A stretch of DNA of 64,000 nucleotides from an uncultured bacterium (GCA_943788175.1 CALSPG010000005.1:352001-416000), one strand, 5' to 3'. Positions 9,414-21,203 are shown, counted from the stretch's first letter. The notes: a model not told the origin generated them from the sequence alone. Made by a program: numbers and translations.

Positions 9414-10193
9414 ATGGCTAAAAAATTCACTCTTGTTGTTATACCTGACGATGATTCTGAAACAAGGTCCTATAGCTTCAACAAGTTTTTTTTAAACTTT
9501 TCATTAGTTGTATTAGTTGTATTCTTTTTCACGAGTGCATTAATATTATTCTTTTCTATTCCGCGAATTGCTAATTATGAAGAATTAGATAATAAATATA
9601 GCGTTTTAGTAAATGAACGAATGAAAGTTCTTAAACTAGCAGAGAACTTGGAACGATTAAACCAAATGGATGAATTTGTTAGAAATTCTTTGGGCTCAGA
9701 GTTTAATTTTTCTGAAAAACCTGAAATTATTGATAGTGTCTTAATGATCATCCCTGATGACCAGTTAATTTCTTTCTCTGATAATATTCCATCTGTTATT
9801 CCGATAGAAGGGTTTGTAAGCAAGCGGATGGAAGGTGCTTTTTCAAATGTTGATAACTTGCATGGTGGAATTGATATAGTTGCAAAGCAAGGAACTCCTA
9901 TTAAATCTACTTCTGCTGGTGTGGTAGTTTTTTCAGGTTGGACTTATAAAATGGGAAATCTAATAATAATTTACCATGGCGATGATTACTTAACTCATTA
10001 TGGGCATAACCAACAAAACATCGTTTCAAGGCTTGATATGGTCAAAAAAGGAGATGTGATAGGATTAGTCGGTAATACAGGCATTTCATCTGGGCCTCAT
10101 TTGCATTTCGAAATTTGGAAAGGCGGAAGGTCGATTGACCCGCTGATATATTTTCCAGAATTGATTAAAAAAGACTTAACTTTAAAAAAGTGA
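9414..10193 (+). CDS. Membrane-anchored M23 peptidase
   Basis: N-terminal TM, coiled coil, HGGID, YGH, SSGPHLHFE. Confidence 0.92.
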   Translation: MAKKFTLVVIPDDDSETRSYSFNKFFLNFSLVVLVVFFFTSALILFFSIPRIANYEELDNKYSVLVNERMKVLKLAENLERLNQMDEFVRNSLGSEFNFSEKPEIIDSVLMIIPDDQLISFSDNIPSVIPIEGFVSKRMEGAFSNVDNLHGGIDIVAKQGTPIKSTSAGVVVFSGWTYKMGNLIIIYHGDDYLTHYGHNQQNIVSRLDMVKKGDVIGLVGNTGISSGPHLHFEIWKGGRSIDPLIYFPELIKKDLTLKK

Positions 10194-10564
10194 TGATTAA
10201 ATCTAAATTTAAAAATGTTCACACGATGATAGGTCCGGATGCCGTACTAAAAGGCTCTATTAAGCTTGAGCAAGGATTAATTGTTTATGGACAAGTATTT
10301 GGGGACGTTCAAACTAGAGGATCTATTAGAATAGCTCGTGGGGCAATGGTTGACGGCAATGTAACAGGCGCCAGTATTGTGCTTGGTGGGAAAGTTGTAG
10401 GACATTTGAAATCTGAGGGATCTGTTATATTAAAAAAAACAAGCGAGTTAAAAGGGAATATTAGTTACAGAAAATTGCATATTGAAGATGGCGCTCAATT
10501 TGAGGGGCAATGCGACTTGGTCTTGGATTCTTCAGGCCCATCAACACCGAACAAAGTGGTTTAA
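10190..10564 (+). CDS. Bactofilin (polymer-forming cytoskeletal protein)
   Basis: Beta-helix repeats from TMIGPDAVLKGSI to LHIEDGAQFEGQC. Confidence 0.9.
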   Translation: MMIKSKFKNVHTMIGPDAVLKGSIKLEQGLIVYGQVFGDVQTRGSIRIARGAMVDGNVTGASIVLGGKVVGHLKSEGSVILKKTSELKGNISYRKLHIEDGAQFEGQCDLVLDSSGPSTPNKVV

Positions 10565-10591
10565 AATAAGAGTTTATTAAAAAAACTTATT

Positions 10592-10807
10592 TTGAATTTT
10601 TTTCAAAAAGTTTTGCAAAAAGCTGTTCCAGTTATGTCTGCAGTTCATTCTTTGTTTTCTTACGTTATTATTTTATCAATCTTTGGGTATTTTTTAGATA
10701 ATAGTTTTAATACGTTTCCACTGCTGTTTTTAATTGCTCTTTTCATGGGCTTAATAATCGGTTTTTATCAATTATCACGAGCAACAAATTTTAAAAAAAA
10801 GAGTTGA
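10592..10807 (+). CDS. AtpZ/AtpI-family small membrane protein (TTG start)
   Basis: GYFLDNSFNTFPLLFLIALFMGLIIGFY pattern; lies just before the atp genes. Confidence 0.8.
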   Translation: MNFFQKVLQKAVPVMSAVHSLFSYVIILSIFGYFLDNSFNTFPLLFLIALFMGLIIGFYQLSRATNFKKKS

Positions 10808-10835
10808 TATCACTTATTTGGTTGTCTGTCAAGAT

Positions 10836-10844
10836 TGTTATAAT
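10836..10844 (+). promoter_or_regulatory. Possible extended -10 element upstream of atpB
   Basis: TGTTATAAT (TGnTATAAT) in the 207-nt gap; the AT-rich background weakens this. Confidence 0.3.
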
Positions 10845-11014
10845 TCTCAGTTTTATGATAAGGCATAGCACATTATTTAAAAAAGTATTTAAATAATCAA
10901 TGATATTTATTTTAAACCCACAGCTTTTATGCTTACCTTTGCGACCTTAAATGTAGTATTTATTTAGTCTTTAACTATAAAACTAATAATTAACGATTAC
11001 GGATTTATATTAAA

Positions 11015-11932
11015 ATGGTAGCTGCCAACTCCAGTCATAGTAATCAGACTGTCCTAGAACAGGTTGGTCCTAATATTATCCATCATGTTTCTAATTCAGA
11101 TATAACTCACCCAATAATACAGTTGCCTTCATTTTTTGGTATTGATTTTTCAGTTACGAAACATGTTCTAATGTTATGGCTTGTAGCGTTTATAGTTTCA
11201 ATCGTAGTGATTCTGCCAATAAGAAAATATTTATCTAGTAATGGTAAAAAGAAGTCTAATTGGGTTTCTCTAATAGAGTATATAGTTGAGTTTGTGAAAG
11301 ATACAATTGCTGCGCCAAATGTTGGTCCTAATTGGGTCATGACATGGACGCCTCTTTTTTTAACATTTTTCTTTTTTATTCTTTTTGCAAACGGTATCGG
11401 CATGATTCCAATATTTGATACCATAGGTTTACTAGATAGGTTCCTTTTAAAGACTGATTCGCATTCAACAATTAATAATTTGCTTCATGGCGGTGTAACG
11501 GCAACTGGAAACTTTAATGTAACAGCTGGCCTTGCGGCAGTCACTTTTTTCTCTATCATAATCGCAGGTGTCAAAAAACATGGTTTTATCAAGCATTGGG
11601 CAAATCTTGTCCCTCATGGCTTAGCTTGGCCAGTATATATTATTTTGATTCCGATTGAACTAATGGGGCTCTTTGTAAAACCATTTGCTCTAACCATGAG
11701 ACTTGCAGCAAATATGACAGGAGGGCATATTGCAATATTAGCTCTTTTATCGCTTATGGCTATAATTGGAGAAATGTTTTCAGCCGCGGCCGGAATAGGT
11801 GTAGCATTTGTATCTATACCAATGGCTGCTGCAATATCAGGTTTGGAAATTATAGTAGTGCTTGTTCAAGCATATGTTTTTACTTTATTATCGGCTGTGT
11901 TTGTTGGCATGGCTATCAATGTACATCATTAA
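11015..11932 (+). CDS. atpB: F0 ATP synthase subunit a
   Basis: KPFALTMRLAANMTGGH, LVQAYVFTLLS. Confidence 0.96.
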   Translation: MVAANSSHSNQTVLEQVGPNIIHHVSNSDITHPIIQLPSFFGIDFSVTKHVLMLWLVAFIVSIVVILPIRKYLSSNGKKKSNWVSLIEYIVEFVKDTIAAPNVGPNWVMTWTPLFLTFFFFILFANGIGMIPIFDTIGLLDRFLLKTDSHSTINNLLHGGVTATGNFNVTAGLAAVTFFSIIIAGVKKHGFIKHWANLVPHGLAWPVYIILIPIELMGLFVKPFALTMRLAANMTGGHIAILALLSLMAIIGEMFSAAAGIGVAFVSIPMAAAISGLEIIVVLVQAYVFTLLSAVFVGMAINVHH

Positions 11933-11956
11933 CAAAATAAAAAAAGGAAGTATATA

Positions 11957-12172
11957 ATGGATGGAACTTTATTAGTACCTATTGGATTAGGAATAGTTGT
12001 AATAGGCGCAGCGCTTGGAATATCAAAATTTGCAGCAGCAGCAGCAGAAGCTATTGCTCGGCAGCCTGAAGCTGCTGATAAGATTAGTGGGGTAGTTCAA
12101 TTGCCGCTTTTCTTATTAGAGGGTGTGGCTATTCTTGCTGAAGTATTCATATTCTTAATGCTGATTCTGTAA
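11957..12172 (+). CDS. atpE: F0 ATP synthase subunit c
   Basis: ARQPE loop, catalytic Glu in LLEGV. Confidence 0.95.
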   Translation: MDGTLLVPIGLGIVVIGAALGISKFAAAAAEAIARQPEAADKISGVVQLPLFLLEGVAILAEVFIFLMLIL

Positions 12173-12175
12173 ACG

Positions 12176-12751
12176 ATGAATCAATATTGGACTATTCCAG
12201 GGGATAATGCGCTCCATGAGTCAACTGGTACTCATGGAGCACAATCTGAGCAAAATCCTTTAGTCAAATTAGATCCGGGTCTTTTTATTTGGACGGTTTT
12301 AACATTTGTTTTATTGCTCACTGTTTTAGCCAAATTTGCTTGGAAACCTTTACTCTTAATGCTTGATGAGAGGAATAAGAGTATTGAAGAATCACTCCTA
12401 TCCGCTGAAAAAGCTAGAAAGGAGCTCGAAAACATAAATCAAGAGTCTGAATCAATTTTAATGAAAGCAAGAACAGAGGCTCAGTCTATTGTTGGGGAAG
12501 CAAAATCAGCTGCTGATAATATGAAAGAGGATATTGTCTCGAAAGCAAGGTCTGAAGCAGAGGGTCAACTTGAAAAAGCAAAAATACAAATTAATGTTGA
12601 AAAAGATAAAGCTATGGCTGAAATCCGTGAAGAGGTTGTGAACCTCTCTATTCATGTTGCAGAAAAAATAATTAAAAAAAACATATCAAAAGAAGACAAT
12701 GTTGAATTAATTAAAAAGTCCTTAGATAGTATGGAAGGTTATGAAGCATAA
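12176..12751 (+). CDS. atpF: F0 ATP synthase subunit b
   Basis: TM followed by FAWKPLL..LDER and a long coiled coil; operon position. Confidence 0.95.
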   Translation: MNQYWTIPGDNALHESTGTHGAQSEQNPLVKLDPGLFIWTVLTFVLLLTVLAKFAWKPLLLMLDERNKSIEESLLSAEKARKELENINQESESILMKARTEAQSIVGEAKSAADNMKEDIVSKARSEAEGQLEKAKIQINVEKDKAMAEIREEVVNLSIHVAEKIIKKNISKEDNVELIKKSLDSMEGYEA

Positions 12752-13280
12752 GTTTTCCGCAAAAAGGTTAGCAGATGTTCTTTTCGAATCTGCAAAATCC
12801 AACGGCAGTCTTGATTCGGCAAGGGATTCGATTACTGAGTTTGATAGAATTTTAAGAATAAATAATGACTTAAAAAGTTTTGTTCAATCAAAAAGGTTCT
12901 CTCAAACTGAAAAACAAGCAATATTAATTGATTCTTTAGGAGTTTCTTTTAATGGGCTTGTATTGGGCGTTGTGTCTTATGTCGATGGCATGTTAGCCCA
13001 TAGAACTATTAATCAAATCAAAAAATCGTTTGTAGAAAAGTATAAACATGCCAAAAATATAGTTTCTGTTCATGCAATTTTTAGTGATCGAATCGGCGTT
13101 GACGATTTGAAGTTCATGGAAAAAAAAATAGGCAATCTCTTAAAAAAAGAAACAGAATTAACTACTGAAGTTGATGAGTCTTTGATTGGTGGCGCTAAAT
13201 TTAGAATTGAAAACACATTTTTAGACGCATCTATTAAAAGCCAATTGAAAAATATTAAATCAGATTTAATGAAAATATAA
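12741..13280 (+). CDS. atpH: F1 ATP synthase subunit delta
   Basis: VDESLIGG...LDASIKSQL; operon position. Confidence 0.92.
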   Translation: MKHKFSAKRLADVLFESAKSNGSLDSARDSITEFDRILRINNDLKSFVQSKRFSQTEKQAILIDSLGVSFNGLVLGVVSYVDGMLAHRTINQIKKSFVEKYKHAKNIVSVHAIFSDRIGVDDLKFMEKKIGNLLKKETELTTEVDESLIGGAKFRIENTFLDASIKSQLKNIKSDLMKI

Positions 13281-13291
13281 GTTAGGAAATT

Positions 13292-14816
13292 ATGGAAATT
13301 AAAACAGATCAAATAACAGAGTTGCTCAAAAAGCAATTAGAAAAATATGATAATGATATTGATGTCTCTGAAGTTGGTGAAATTATAGAGGTTGGAGACG
13401 GGGGTAGCAAGGGCTTCAGGCCTAGAAAACGTAATGAGTTCAGAATTGGTTGAGCTTCCCAATGGCGTTTTTGGTATGGCACTGAACCTTGAAGAGGACA
13501 ATGTCGGACTTGTTTTATTTGGAGATACTAGATTAGTCAAAGAAGGTGATATCGCAAAAAGAACTGGGAAAGTTGTTGAAGTACCGGTTGGTAAAGAAAT
13601 GCTTGGTAGAATAGTTAACCCTCTAGGTCAACCTATTGATGGTAAAGGGCCTATTAACACGAGTGAGTCATTACCTGTTGAGCGAAAAGCGCTCGGAGTT
13701 ATGGCAAGAAGTCCTGTGAATCAACCATTACAGACTGGGATCAAAGCAATCGATAGTATGGTTCCAATTGGAAGAGGGCAGCGAGAACTAATCATTGGAG
13801 ATAGGCAGACAGGTAAAACTGCTGTTGCTATTGATGCTATTATTAATCAAAAACATTCTCATTCGACTGATGCACCAGTTTATTGTGTTTATGTAGCGAT
13901 TGGACAGAAGGCATCAACTGTTGCTAGTTTGGTTTCAGAACTTGAAGCACAGGGTGCAATGGAATACACTGTTGTAGTGGCTGCTAATGCTTCTGATCCT
14001 GCGCCTATGCAGTATATTGCGCCTTATGCCGGTTGTTCTATGGGAGAATATTTTAGGGATAAAGGACAACATGCCCTGATTGTTTATGATGACTTATCTA
14101 AACAAGCGGTTGCATATAGACAGATGTCATTGGTTTTAAGAAGGCCTCCTGGAAGAGAAGCTTTTCCAGGTGATGTTTTCTATTTGCATAGCCGCCTTTT
14201 AGAGAGGGCCTCTAAATTGTCAGAAGATCTCGGCGGTGGTTCTCTAACAGCTCTTCCGATAATTGAAACGCAAGAAGGTGATGTTTCAGCATATATTCCA
14301 ACAAATGTTATTTCAATTACAGATGGTCAGATTTTTCTAGAAACAAATTTATTTAATTCAGGAATTCGTCCAGCTATTGATGTGGGTCTATCTGTATCAC
14401 GTGTAGGTGGTAATGCTCAAATTAAAGCAATGAAGAAGGTTGCTGGTACTTTAAGACTTGACTTAGCTCAATTTAGAGAACTAGAAGCTTTTGCTAAATT
14501 TGGATCAGATCTAGATAAATCTACTCTATCGCAACTGGCAAGAGGTGAAAGAATGGTCGAAATTCTGAAGCAAAACCAGTACGTGCCTATGACTGTTGAG
14601 AGGCAAATAGCTATCATATTTGCTGCTTCAAAAGGACATCTTGATGATATTGCGATAGAGCAAGTAGCTAATTTTGAAAGCAGTCTTTTTGACTACCTTG
14701 ATGCAAATGCGGCTGCACAGCTTAAAGCAATAAGTGACGCTGGTGATCTTAATGACGAGCAAGGTAAAGATCTCGAAAAAGTTATTATTGATTTTAAAAA
14801 TAGTTTCATATCATAA
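13292..14816 (+). CDS. atpA: F1 ATP synthase subunit alpha; one extra G at 13400-13404 breaks the frame (507 aa if corrected)
   Basis: ATG 13292 gives [37 protein letters not shown], which joins VARASGL in the 13392 ORF if G5 is read as G4; GDRQTGKT. Confidence 0.95.
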
Positions 14817-14819
14817 TTA

Positions 14820-15674
14820 GTGGCTAGTCTAAAAGACATCCGGGACAGAATAAAATCTGTCAAAAGTATCCAAAAAGTTACCAGTGCTATGAAGATGGTT
14901 GCTGCTGCAAAAGTTCGGAAAGCACAAGAGAAAATGGAGCAGGCTAGGCCTTATACATATGCTCTGGAAGAGACGATAAATCATATCTTGCCAGATGTTA
15001 GTAGAGGGGATTTGGATTTATTAAATGTCCGGGAAATTAGACGAAAAGCATATGTCATTGTTTCGGCTGATAGAGGACTAGCTGGTGGATTTAATTCTAA
15101 CATAATAAAAGTTGCTGAAAAAGAAATTGCAGAATTCGGAAAAGAAAATGTAGACTTGTTCTGTATTGGAAAGAAAGCTAGAGATCATTTTAAAAGAAGA
15201 GACTATAATATTATAGAAAGCCATATTGATTTTTGGAGCGAACTAAATTTCGATAATGCTATGATGATTGGTAGAAGTGCTATTGAGCATTTCACAAGTG
15301 GTAAGGTTGATGAAATACACGTTATCTATAATTATTTTGTAAATATGGCTCAACAAGAAATAAAGTCAGAAGTATTACTTCCTCTATCTTATCACGATGA
15401 GGGTTTTGAAGAAAAAGACAGATTATATGAACCATCGAAAGAGGTATTAGTCAGTTCATTAGTACCTAGGCATTTGAATATCCAAATATGGAAGTATCTC
15501 CTTGAGTCATATGCAAGTGAGCAAGCAGCCAGAATGATGGCGATGGAGAATGCAACAACAAATGCAGGGGATATGATAAAAAGTTTAACATTGGAGTTTA
15601 ATAAGGCAAGGCAAGCGGCTATCACAACAGAAATGCTTGAAATAGTCAGTGGTGCTGAAGCTTTAAAAGAGTAA
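14820..15674 (+). CDS. atpG: F1 ATP synthase subunit gamma
   Basis: VTSAMKMVAAAK, DRGLAGGFN, NKARQAAITTE. Confidence 0.97.
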   Translation: MASLKDIRDRIKSVKSIQKVTSAMKMVAAAKVRKAQEKMEQARPYTYALEETINHILPDVSRGDLDLLNVREIRRKAYVIVSADRGLAGGFNSNIIKVAEKEIAEFGKENVDLFCIGKKARDHFKRRDYNIIESHIDFWSELNFDNAMMIGRSAIEHFTSGKVDEIHVIYNYFVNMAQQEIKSEVLLPLSYHDEGFEEKDRLYEPSKEVLVSSLVPRHLNIQIWKYLLESYASEQAARMMAMENATTNAGDMIKSLTLEFNKARQAAITTEMLEIVSGAEALKE

Positions 15675-17092
<1,418 letters not shown>

Positions 17093-17093
<1 letters not shown>

Positions 17094-17491
17094 TGGACTC
17101 TTTTGTTGTTGAAATTGTAACGCCTATTAGGGTTGTTAATCAAGAAAATGTAAAGTATTTAAGGTGCCCTGGCATTGATGGGTCCTTTGGTGTGATGAAA
17201 AACCATAGAAACGGTGTCATTGCTCTTGATGTTGGAGAAATTAAAGTTGAGACTAAAGATGATGTTGAATGGTACGCTACTAGTGGTGGCTTTGTTGAGA
17301 TTTTGGATAATAAAGTTGAATTATTATTAGAATCAGTCGAGCGATCTAACGAGATAGATGTTAAAAGAGCTTCTGGCGCTCTGGAAAGAGCAAGCCAGAG
17401 AAAAAAAAATACCAAAGAGCCTATTGACAATATGCGTTTAGAGGCATCACTATTAAGAGCAGTGAATAGGCTGAGAGTATCCAAAAAATAA
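17093..17491 (+). CDS. atpC: F1 ATP synthase subunit epsilon
   Basis: EIVTP, GSFGVMKNH, SGGFVEI, C-terminal helical hairpin. Confidence 0.95.
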
Positions 17492-17562
17492 TCTTAATTG
17501 AATTCACCTGTAAATCCTCTTTTTATTTTTAATGCATTTTCTTTTTACTTTATATTCTTATA

Positions 17563-19314
17563 ATGTATAAACGAACACATACCTGCGGAGAGTTAGACAA
17601 ATCTTACATAGGTGAAAAAGTCATATTAAATGGCTGGGTCAACACATCAAGGTTGCATGGTAAAGTTGTTTTTATCGATTTAAGAGATAGGTATGGTAAA
17701 ACGCAACTAGTTCTTGATGAAACTACTTTTATTAATGAATTCGATAGCATTAAAAAACTGTCCAGTGAAGATGTTATTTCTGTAGAGGGAATAGTTAAAA
17801 TCAGAGATGGTGGCGCTGAAAATACCAAAATGAAAACGGGCGCAATAGAAATAGCTGTATCTAAATTTTTATTGTTGAATAAAGCTTCCACATTGCCCTT
17901 TGTGCTAACTGATCGCAATAGTTCTGAAGAGCAGCTTAGATTAAAATATCGTTATCTCGAGTTGCGATTTGATGAACTTCAAAATAACATTATTACTAGA
18001 CACGAAACATATCAGGCTGTAAGGAAATATCTTTCAAAAAATAATTTTCTTGAAATTGAGACTCCTATTTTAATGAAATCAACTCCAGAAGGTGCTCGAG
18101 ATTTTCTGGTACCTAGTCGCGTTCAAAAAGGTAAATTTTATGCATTGCCTCAATCCCCACAAATATATAAACAAATTTTAATGATATCAGGGTACGATAG
18201 ATATTTTCAAGTTGTAAAGTGTTTTAGAGATGAAGACCTCAGAGCAGATAGACAACCAGAATTCACTCAAATAGATATTGAAATGTCTTTTGTGGATGAA
18301 GAAACTATTTTCTCGCACATGGAAAACTTAACTAGACATATTTTTAAATCAGTGAAGAACATAGATCTGCCCGATACGTTTCCTAGAATTACGTATAAAG
18401 AAGCGATGGAGAGATATGGTTCGGATAAGCCAGACACGAGGTATGGTATGGAACTTATTGATATCAAGCCGTTTACTGATAAATCTGAATTTAAAGCTTT
18501 TAGTAATGTTGAATTTGTCAAGGCTATCGTTGTTGATTCGGGAGCTAAGTTTTCACGGAAAGTAATAGATGAGTTAACTGATATTGCTAAAAAAAGCGGC
18601 GCTAAAGGACTTGCGTGGATGAAATTTCAAGATGGAAGCCTTAGTGGCGGTATATCAAAGTTTTTTTCTGAAGTTTTACAAAAAAATATGGTTAAAAGTT
18701 TAAACCTTAAAAATGATGAGATAATATTAATCGTTGGAGATCAGCAAAATATTGTATGTAAAACACTAGGAAAACTTCGTACTTTGATAGCTTCTAGAGA
18801 AAAATTAACAGATAAAAATTTATTTAACCCTATTTGGGTTACTGAGTTTCCTATGTTTGATTTTGATGAAAAAAGCGACCGTTATGTGGCCATGCACCAC
18901 CCGTTCACAGCTCCTAGAGAGTCTGACATTGATAAACTTAATAGTGAACCAGCTACCGCTCTTAGTCGCGGTTATGATTTAACAATGAATGGCCATGAAA
19001 TTGCTGGTGGTTCTATTCGTATACATTCTCCAGAAATTCAAGAAAAAGTTTTTTCTCTTTTAGGGTTAACTCAAAAAGAGGCTGTAGAAAAATTTGGGTT
19101 TTTGGTGGAAGCGCTACGATATGGTGCTCCTCCACATGGAGGAATTGCATTTGGGTTTGATAGGTTAGTAATGCTGTTAGCTGGAACTGAAAATATTCGC
19201 GATGTCATTGCATTTCCAAAAACTACATCAGCTACATCTTTAATGGATGAAAGCCCAAGTTATGTCGATAATAATCAGCTTAAGGATCTAGGGCTTAAGC
19301 TAGATAGTAACTAA
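17563..19314 (+). CDS. aspS: Aspartate-tRNA ligase, probably non-discriminating (Asp/Asn)
   Basis: RTHTCGEL, FIDLRD, STPEGARDF, FRDEDLRADRQPEF, GAPPHGG. Confidence 0.97.
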   Translation: MYKRTHTCGELDKSYIGEKVILNGWVNTSRLHGKVVFIDLRDRYGKTQLVLDETTFINEFDSIKKLSSEDVISVEGIVKIRDGGAENTKMKTGAIEIAVSKFLLLNKASTLPFVLTDRNSSEEQLRLKYRYLELRFDELQNNIITRHETYQAVRKYLSKNNFLEIETPILMKSTPEGARDFLVPSRVQKGKFYALPQSPQIYKQILMISGYDRYFQVVKCFRDEDLRADRQPEFTQIDIEMSFVDEETIFSHMENLTRHIFKSVKNIDLPDTFPRITYKEAMERYGSDKPDTRYGMELIDIKPFTDKSEFKAFSNVEFVKAIVVDSGAKFSRKVIDELTDIAKKSGAKGLAWMKFQDGSLSGGISKFFSEVLQKNMVKSLNLKNDEIILIVGDQQNIVCKTLGKLRTLIASREKLTDKNLFNPIWVTEFPMFDFDEKSDRYVAMHHPFTAPRESDIDKLNSEPATALSRGYDLTMNGHEIAGGSIRIHSPEIQEKVFSLLGLTQKEAVEKFGFLVEALRYGAPPHGGIAFGFDRLVMLLAGTENIRDVIAFPKTTSATSLMDESPSYVDNNQLKDLGLKLDSN

Positions 19315-19956
19315 TTAATTATTAAATAGTTTACTTATTAAACCGACGGAATTTTTTGCACATATTTGTGTTGTGCTTGATAGTTCTATACCACTATACC
19401 AATAAGAATGAGTCCAAACTAAAAGTCCGGTGTCTTCATCTTTGATTTTTAGTATTACTCCAACTCTCGCTTGCGTATATTCAATTTTTCCGCTTTCTTG
19501 GATCGAGCCACCGTCTGTAGTGGTGGTGGTAGATGTTGTCGCAATAGCATTTTTTTCACTGCCGCTGGAAGCCGACGATTGAGTGATTGTAGTTTCAATC
19601 GTCCCTTTATCTTCAAGTCGATAGGGGATTAGAATGGTCTCTCTATCTGTATAATCTGTTAATGTGCACGACAATGTAAGTGTCTTTTTACCTTTGTTAT
19701 TTAGGTTAATCACTGTTTTATTATTGTTAAGCTGAGATACGTTGAAACCATTTTTCATGAACATAAACGATATGTTGTCTTCCATTATTTGTCCTGAACC
19801 AGGCCTATTTACATGGTCAGCTATTTTATCAAGATTTATAACACTTACTAGGTCAAAATTATAGCTTTCATTTATTGCGGGAGCATCAAAGCAACTTACA
19901 TTTAAAGATATTATTACAAAAAATATTAATTTGTTTTTGAACAAGTTAAAACCCAT
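19315..19956 (-). CDS. Hypothetical lipoprotein with Ser/Thr-rich insert
   Basis: Lipobox-like LNVSC; C-terminal ARVGVILKIKDEDTGLLVW resembles CsgG/LpoB-like folds. Confidence 0.65.
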   Translation of the reverse strand: MGFNLFKNKLIFFVIISLNVSCFDAPAINESYNFDLVSVINLDKIADHVNRPGSGQIMEDNISFMFMKNGFNVSQLNNNKTVINLNNKGKKTLTLSCTLTDYTDRETILIPYRLEDKGTIETTITQSSASSGSEKNAIATTSTTTTTDGGSIQESGKIEYTQARVGVILKIKDEDTGLLVWTHSYWYSGIELSSTTQICAKNSVGLISKLFNN

Positions 19957-20275
19957 TTAAGTATTCTAAATGTATATTGGCTTCATTGATTATTTCTTGA
20001 TCTTTTGAATAACGAATACAATCTTTCCAAGCAAGAATTGAATTTTCATCTTCTGATAAGGCTTCGTAAAGAAGAGCTTTTAATTTATAAATTTGGGCAT
20101 TTTTCGGTTCATTTTTAAGTGCATTATTAAGCTGCTTTAATGATTCTTCAAATAAGCCGACTTCCATTGCTGATATTGCTCGTTTTAAGTAGTTATCTGA
20201 CTGACCAGACAAAGGGGATGAAAAGGTTAACAGAACCATTAGGGTAAATAATTTTATTATTGATGTTTTTATCAT
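19946..20275 (-). CDS. Exported TPR protein
   Basis: Signal peptide; ALKNEPKNAQIYKLKALLY TPR pattern. Confidence 0.75.
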   Translation of the reverse strand: MIKTSIIKLFTLMVLLTFSSPLSGQSDNYLKRAISAMEVGLFEESLKQLNNALKNEPKNAQIYKLKALLYEALSEDENSILAWKDCIRYSKDQEIINEANIHLEYLNGF

Positions 20276-20291
20276 TTTCTAGTTACCCCGT

Positions 20292-21167
20292 TTATTCAAA
20301 TAAAGTGTCTTGCTGCCTGAGCAGTAATTTGGCTCTTTCTTGGTAAAACATGTTTTCTGCCATTATTTCAGGATAAATAGACGCATCAAGTTTTATTACT
20401 GATTTCAGTAGTGTTAAAAAGGATGATTTGTCTTCAGCTTTTTGATAATAAAATTCTGATTTTTGAACTTTATTACCAAAATAATTTTCAGATGATGTAA
20501 TCGCTTTTTCAAAATAAATTTTTGACTGATTTAACTCTACACCAGGTATTCGACTATAAAAGACCCCAAAAAATCTATATGCCCCCCCTTGCTCATATTC
20601 AGGTTCAAGCGAAATTATTCTATGCATAATTACCTCTAGTAATTCTCTGTGGTGTATACGTTCAATAGCTGCTTTATTATTTAGGTACCATAACTTATTT
20701 GTGGCCCACCAATACATTGCAGGAATTAGCTCTTTGGGCGCTTCTGAAAGTGTAGATAAAATTTTAAAACTTGAATCACCAATCATATTGTTTAATTTTT
20801 GTTTGAATGCGAAATTACTTAAAACCGCTGTTTTTGAAATTTCAGATCCTTTTAAAAACAGACTATCTTTTATTTTATTATCTTCTTCTAAGAACATACC
20901 TTGAAAAAAAAGAGATTTGCTGTATAGCTCTAAAATTTCAGGATTGTCTTGTTCAACATCATATGCAAGACCTAGAATGTGATTTGCATTTTTCAAAGCA
21001 GTCGAATCAGATCTTTGTTCCCAAAGCATTTTAGCTTGCTCAATAAGAAAATCTATATTTTGGGACTGAGCATGATCTAATTCTATTTTTTGGCTGCTAC
21101 ATTGCCATGACTTAAATACGCAGAGTATTAATATTAGGAGTCTAGAAAGGGAAAAGATGAATTTCAT
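20292..21167 (-). CDS. TRAP-T TatT-like TPR lipoprotein
   Basis: YWWA, LEPEYEQGGAYRFFGVFYSRIPG, YFEKAI, ENMFYQERAKLLL...LF match my recollection of TatT. Confidence 0.7.
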   Translation of the reverse strand: MKFIFSLSRLLILILCVFKSWQCSSQKIELDHAQSQNIDFLIEQAKMLWEQRSDSTALKNANHILGLAYDVEQDNPEILELYSKSLFFQGMFLEEDNKIKDSLFLKGSEISKTAVLSNFAFKQKLNNMIGDSSFKILSTLSEAPKELIPAMYWWATNKLWYLNNKAAIERIHHRELLEVIMHRIISLEPEYEQGGAYRFFGVFYSRIPGVELNQSKIYFEKAITSSENYFGNKVQKSEFYYQKAEDKSSFLTLLKSVIKLDASIYPEIMAENMFYQERAKLLLRQQDTLFE

Positions 21168-21203
21168 TATTGAGTATTAGACCATTGGAATGTGTAAATT
21201 TAT

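Noticed and set aside
10808-11014. Missing atpI or an ncRNA in the gap before atpB
   Set aside because: No credible ORF or stable structure seen; it looks like an AT-rich promoter region.
12032-12046. (GCA)5 microsatellite
   Set aside because: It simply encodes the poly-Ala stretch of atpE helix 1.
13392-13410. atpA frameshift at G5 as phase variation or programmed frameshifting
   Set aside because: Core gene in an intact operon, a short homopolymer, and similar indels elsewhere in the window; a sequencing error is far more likely.
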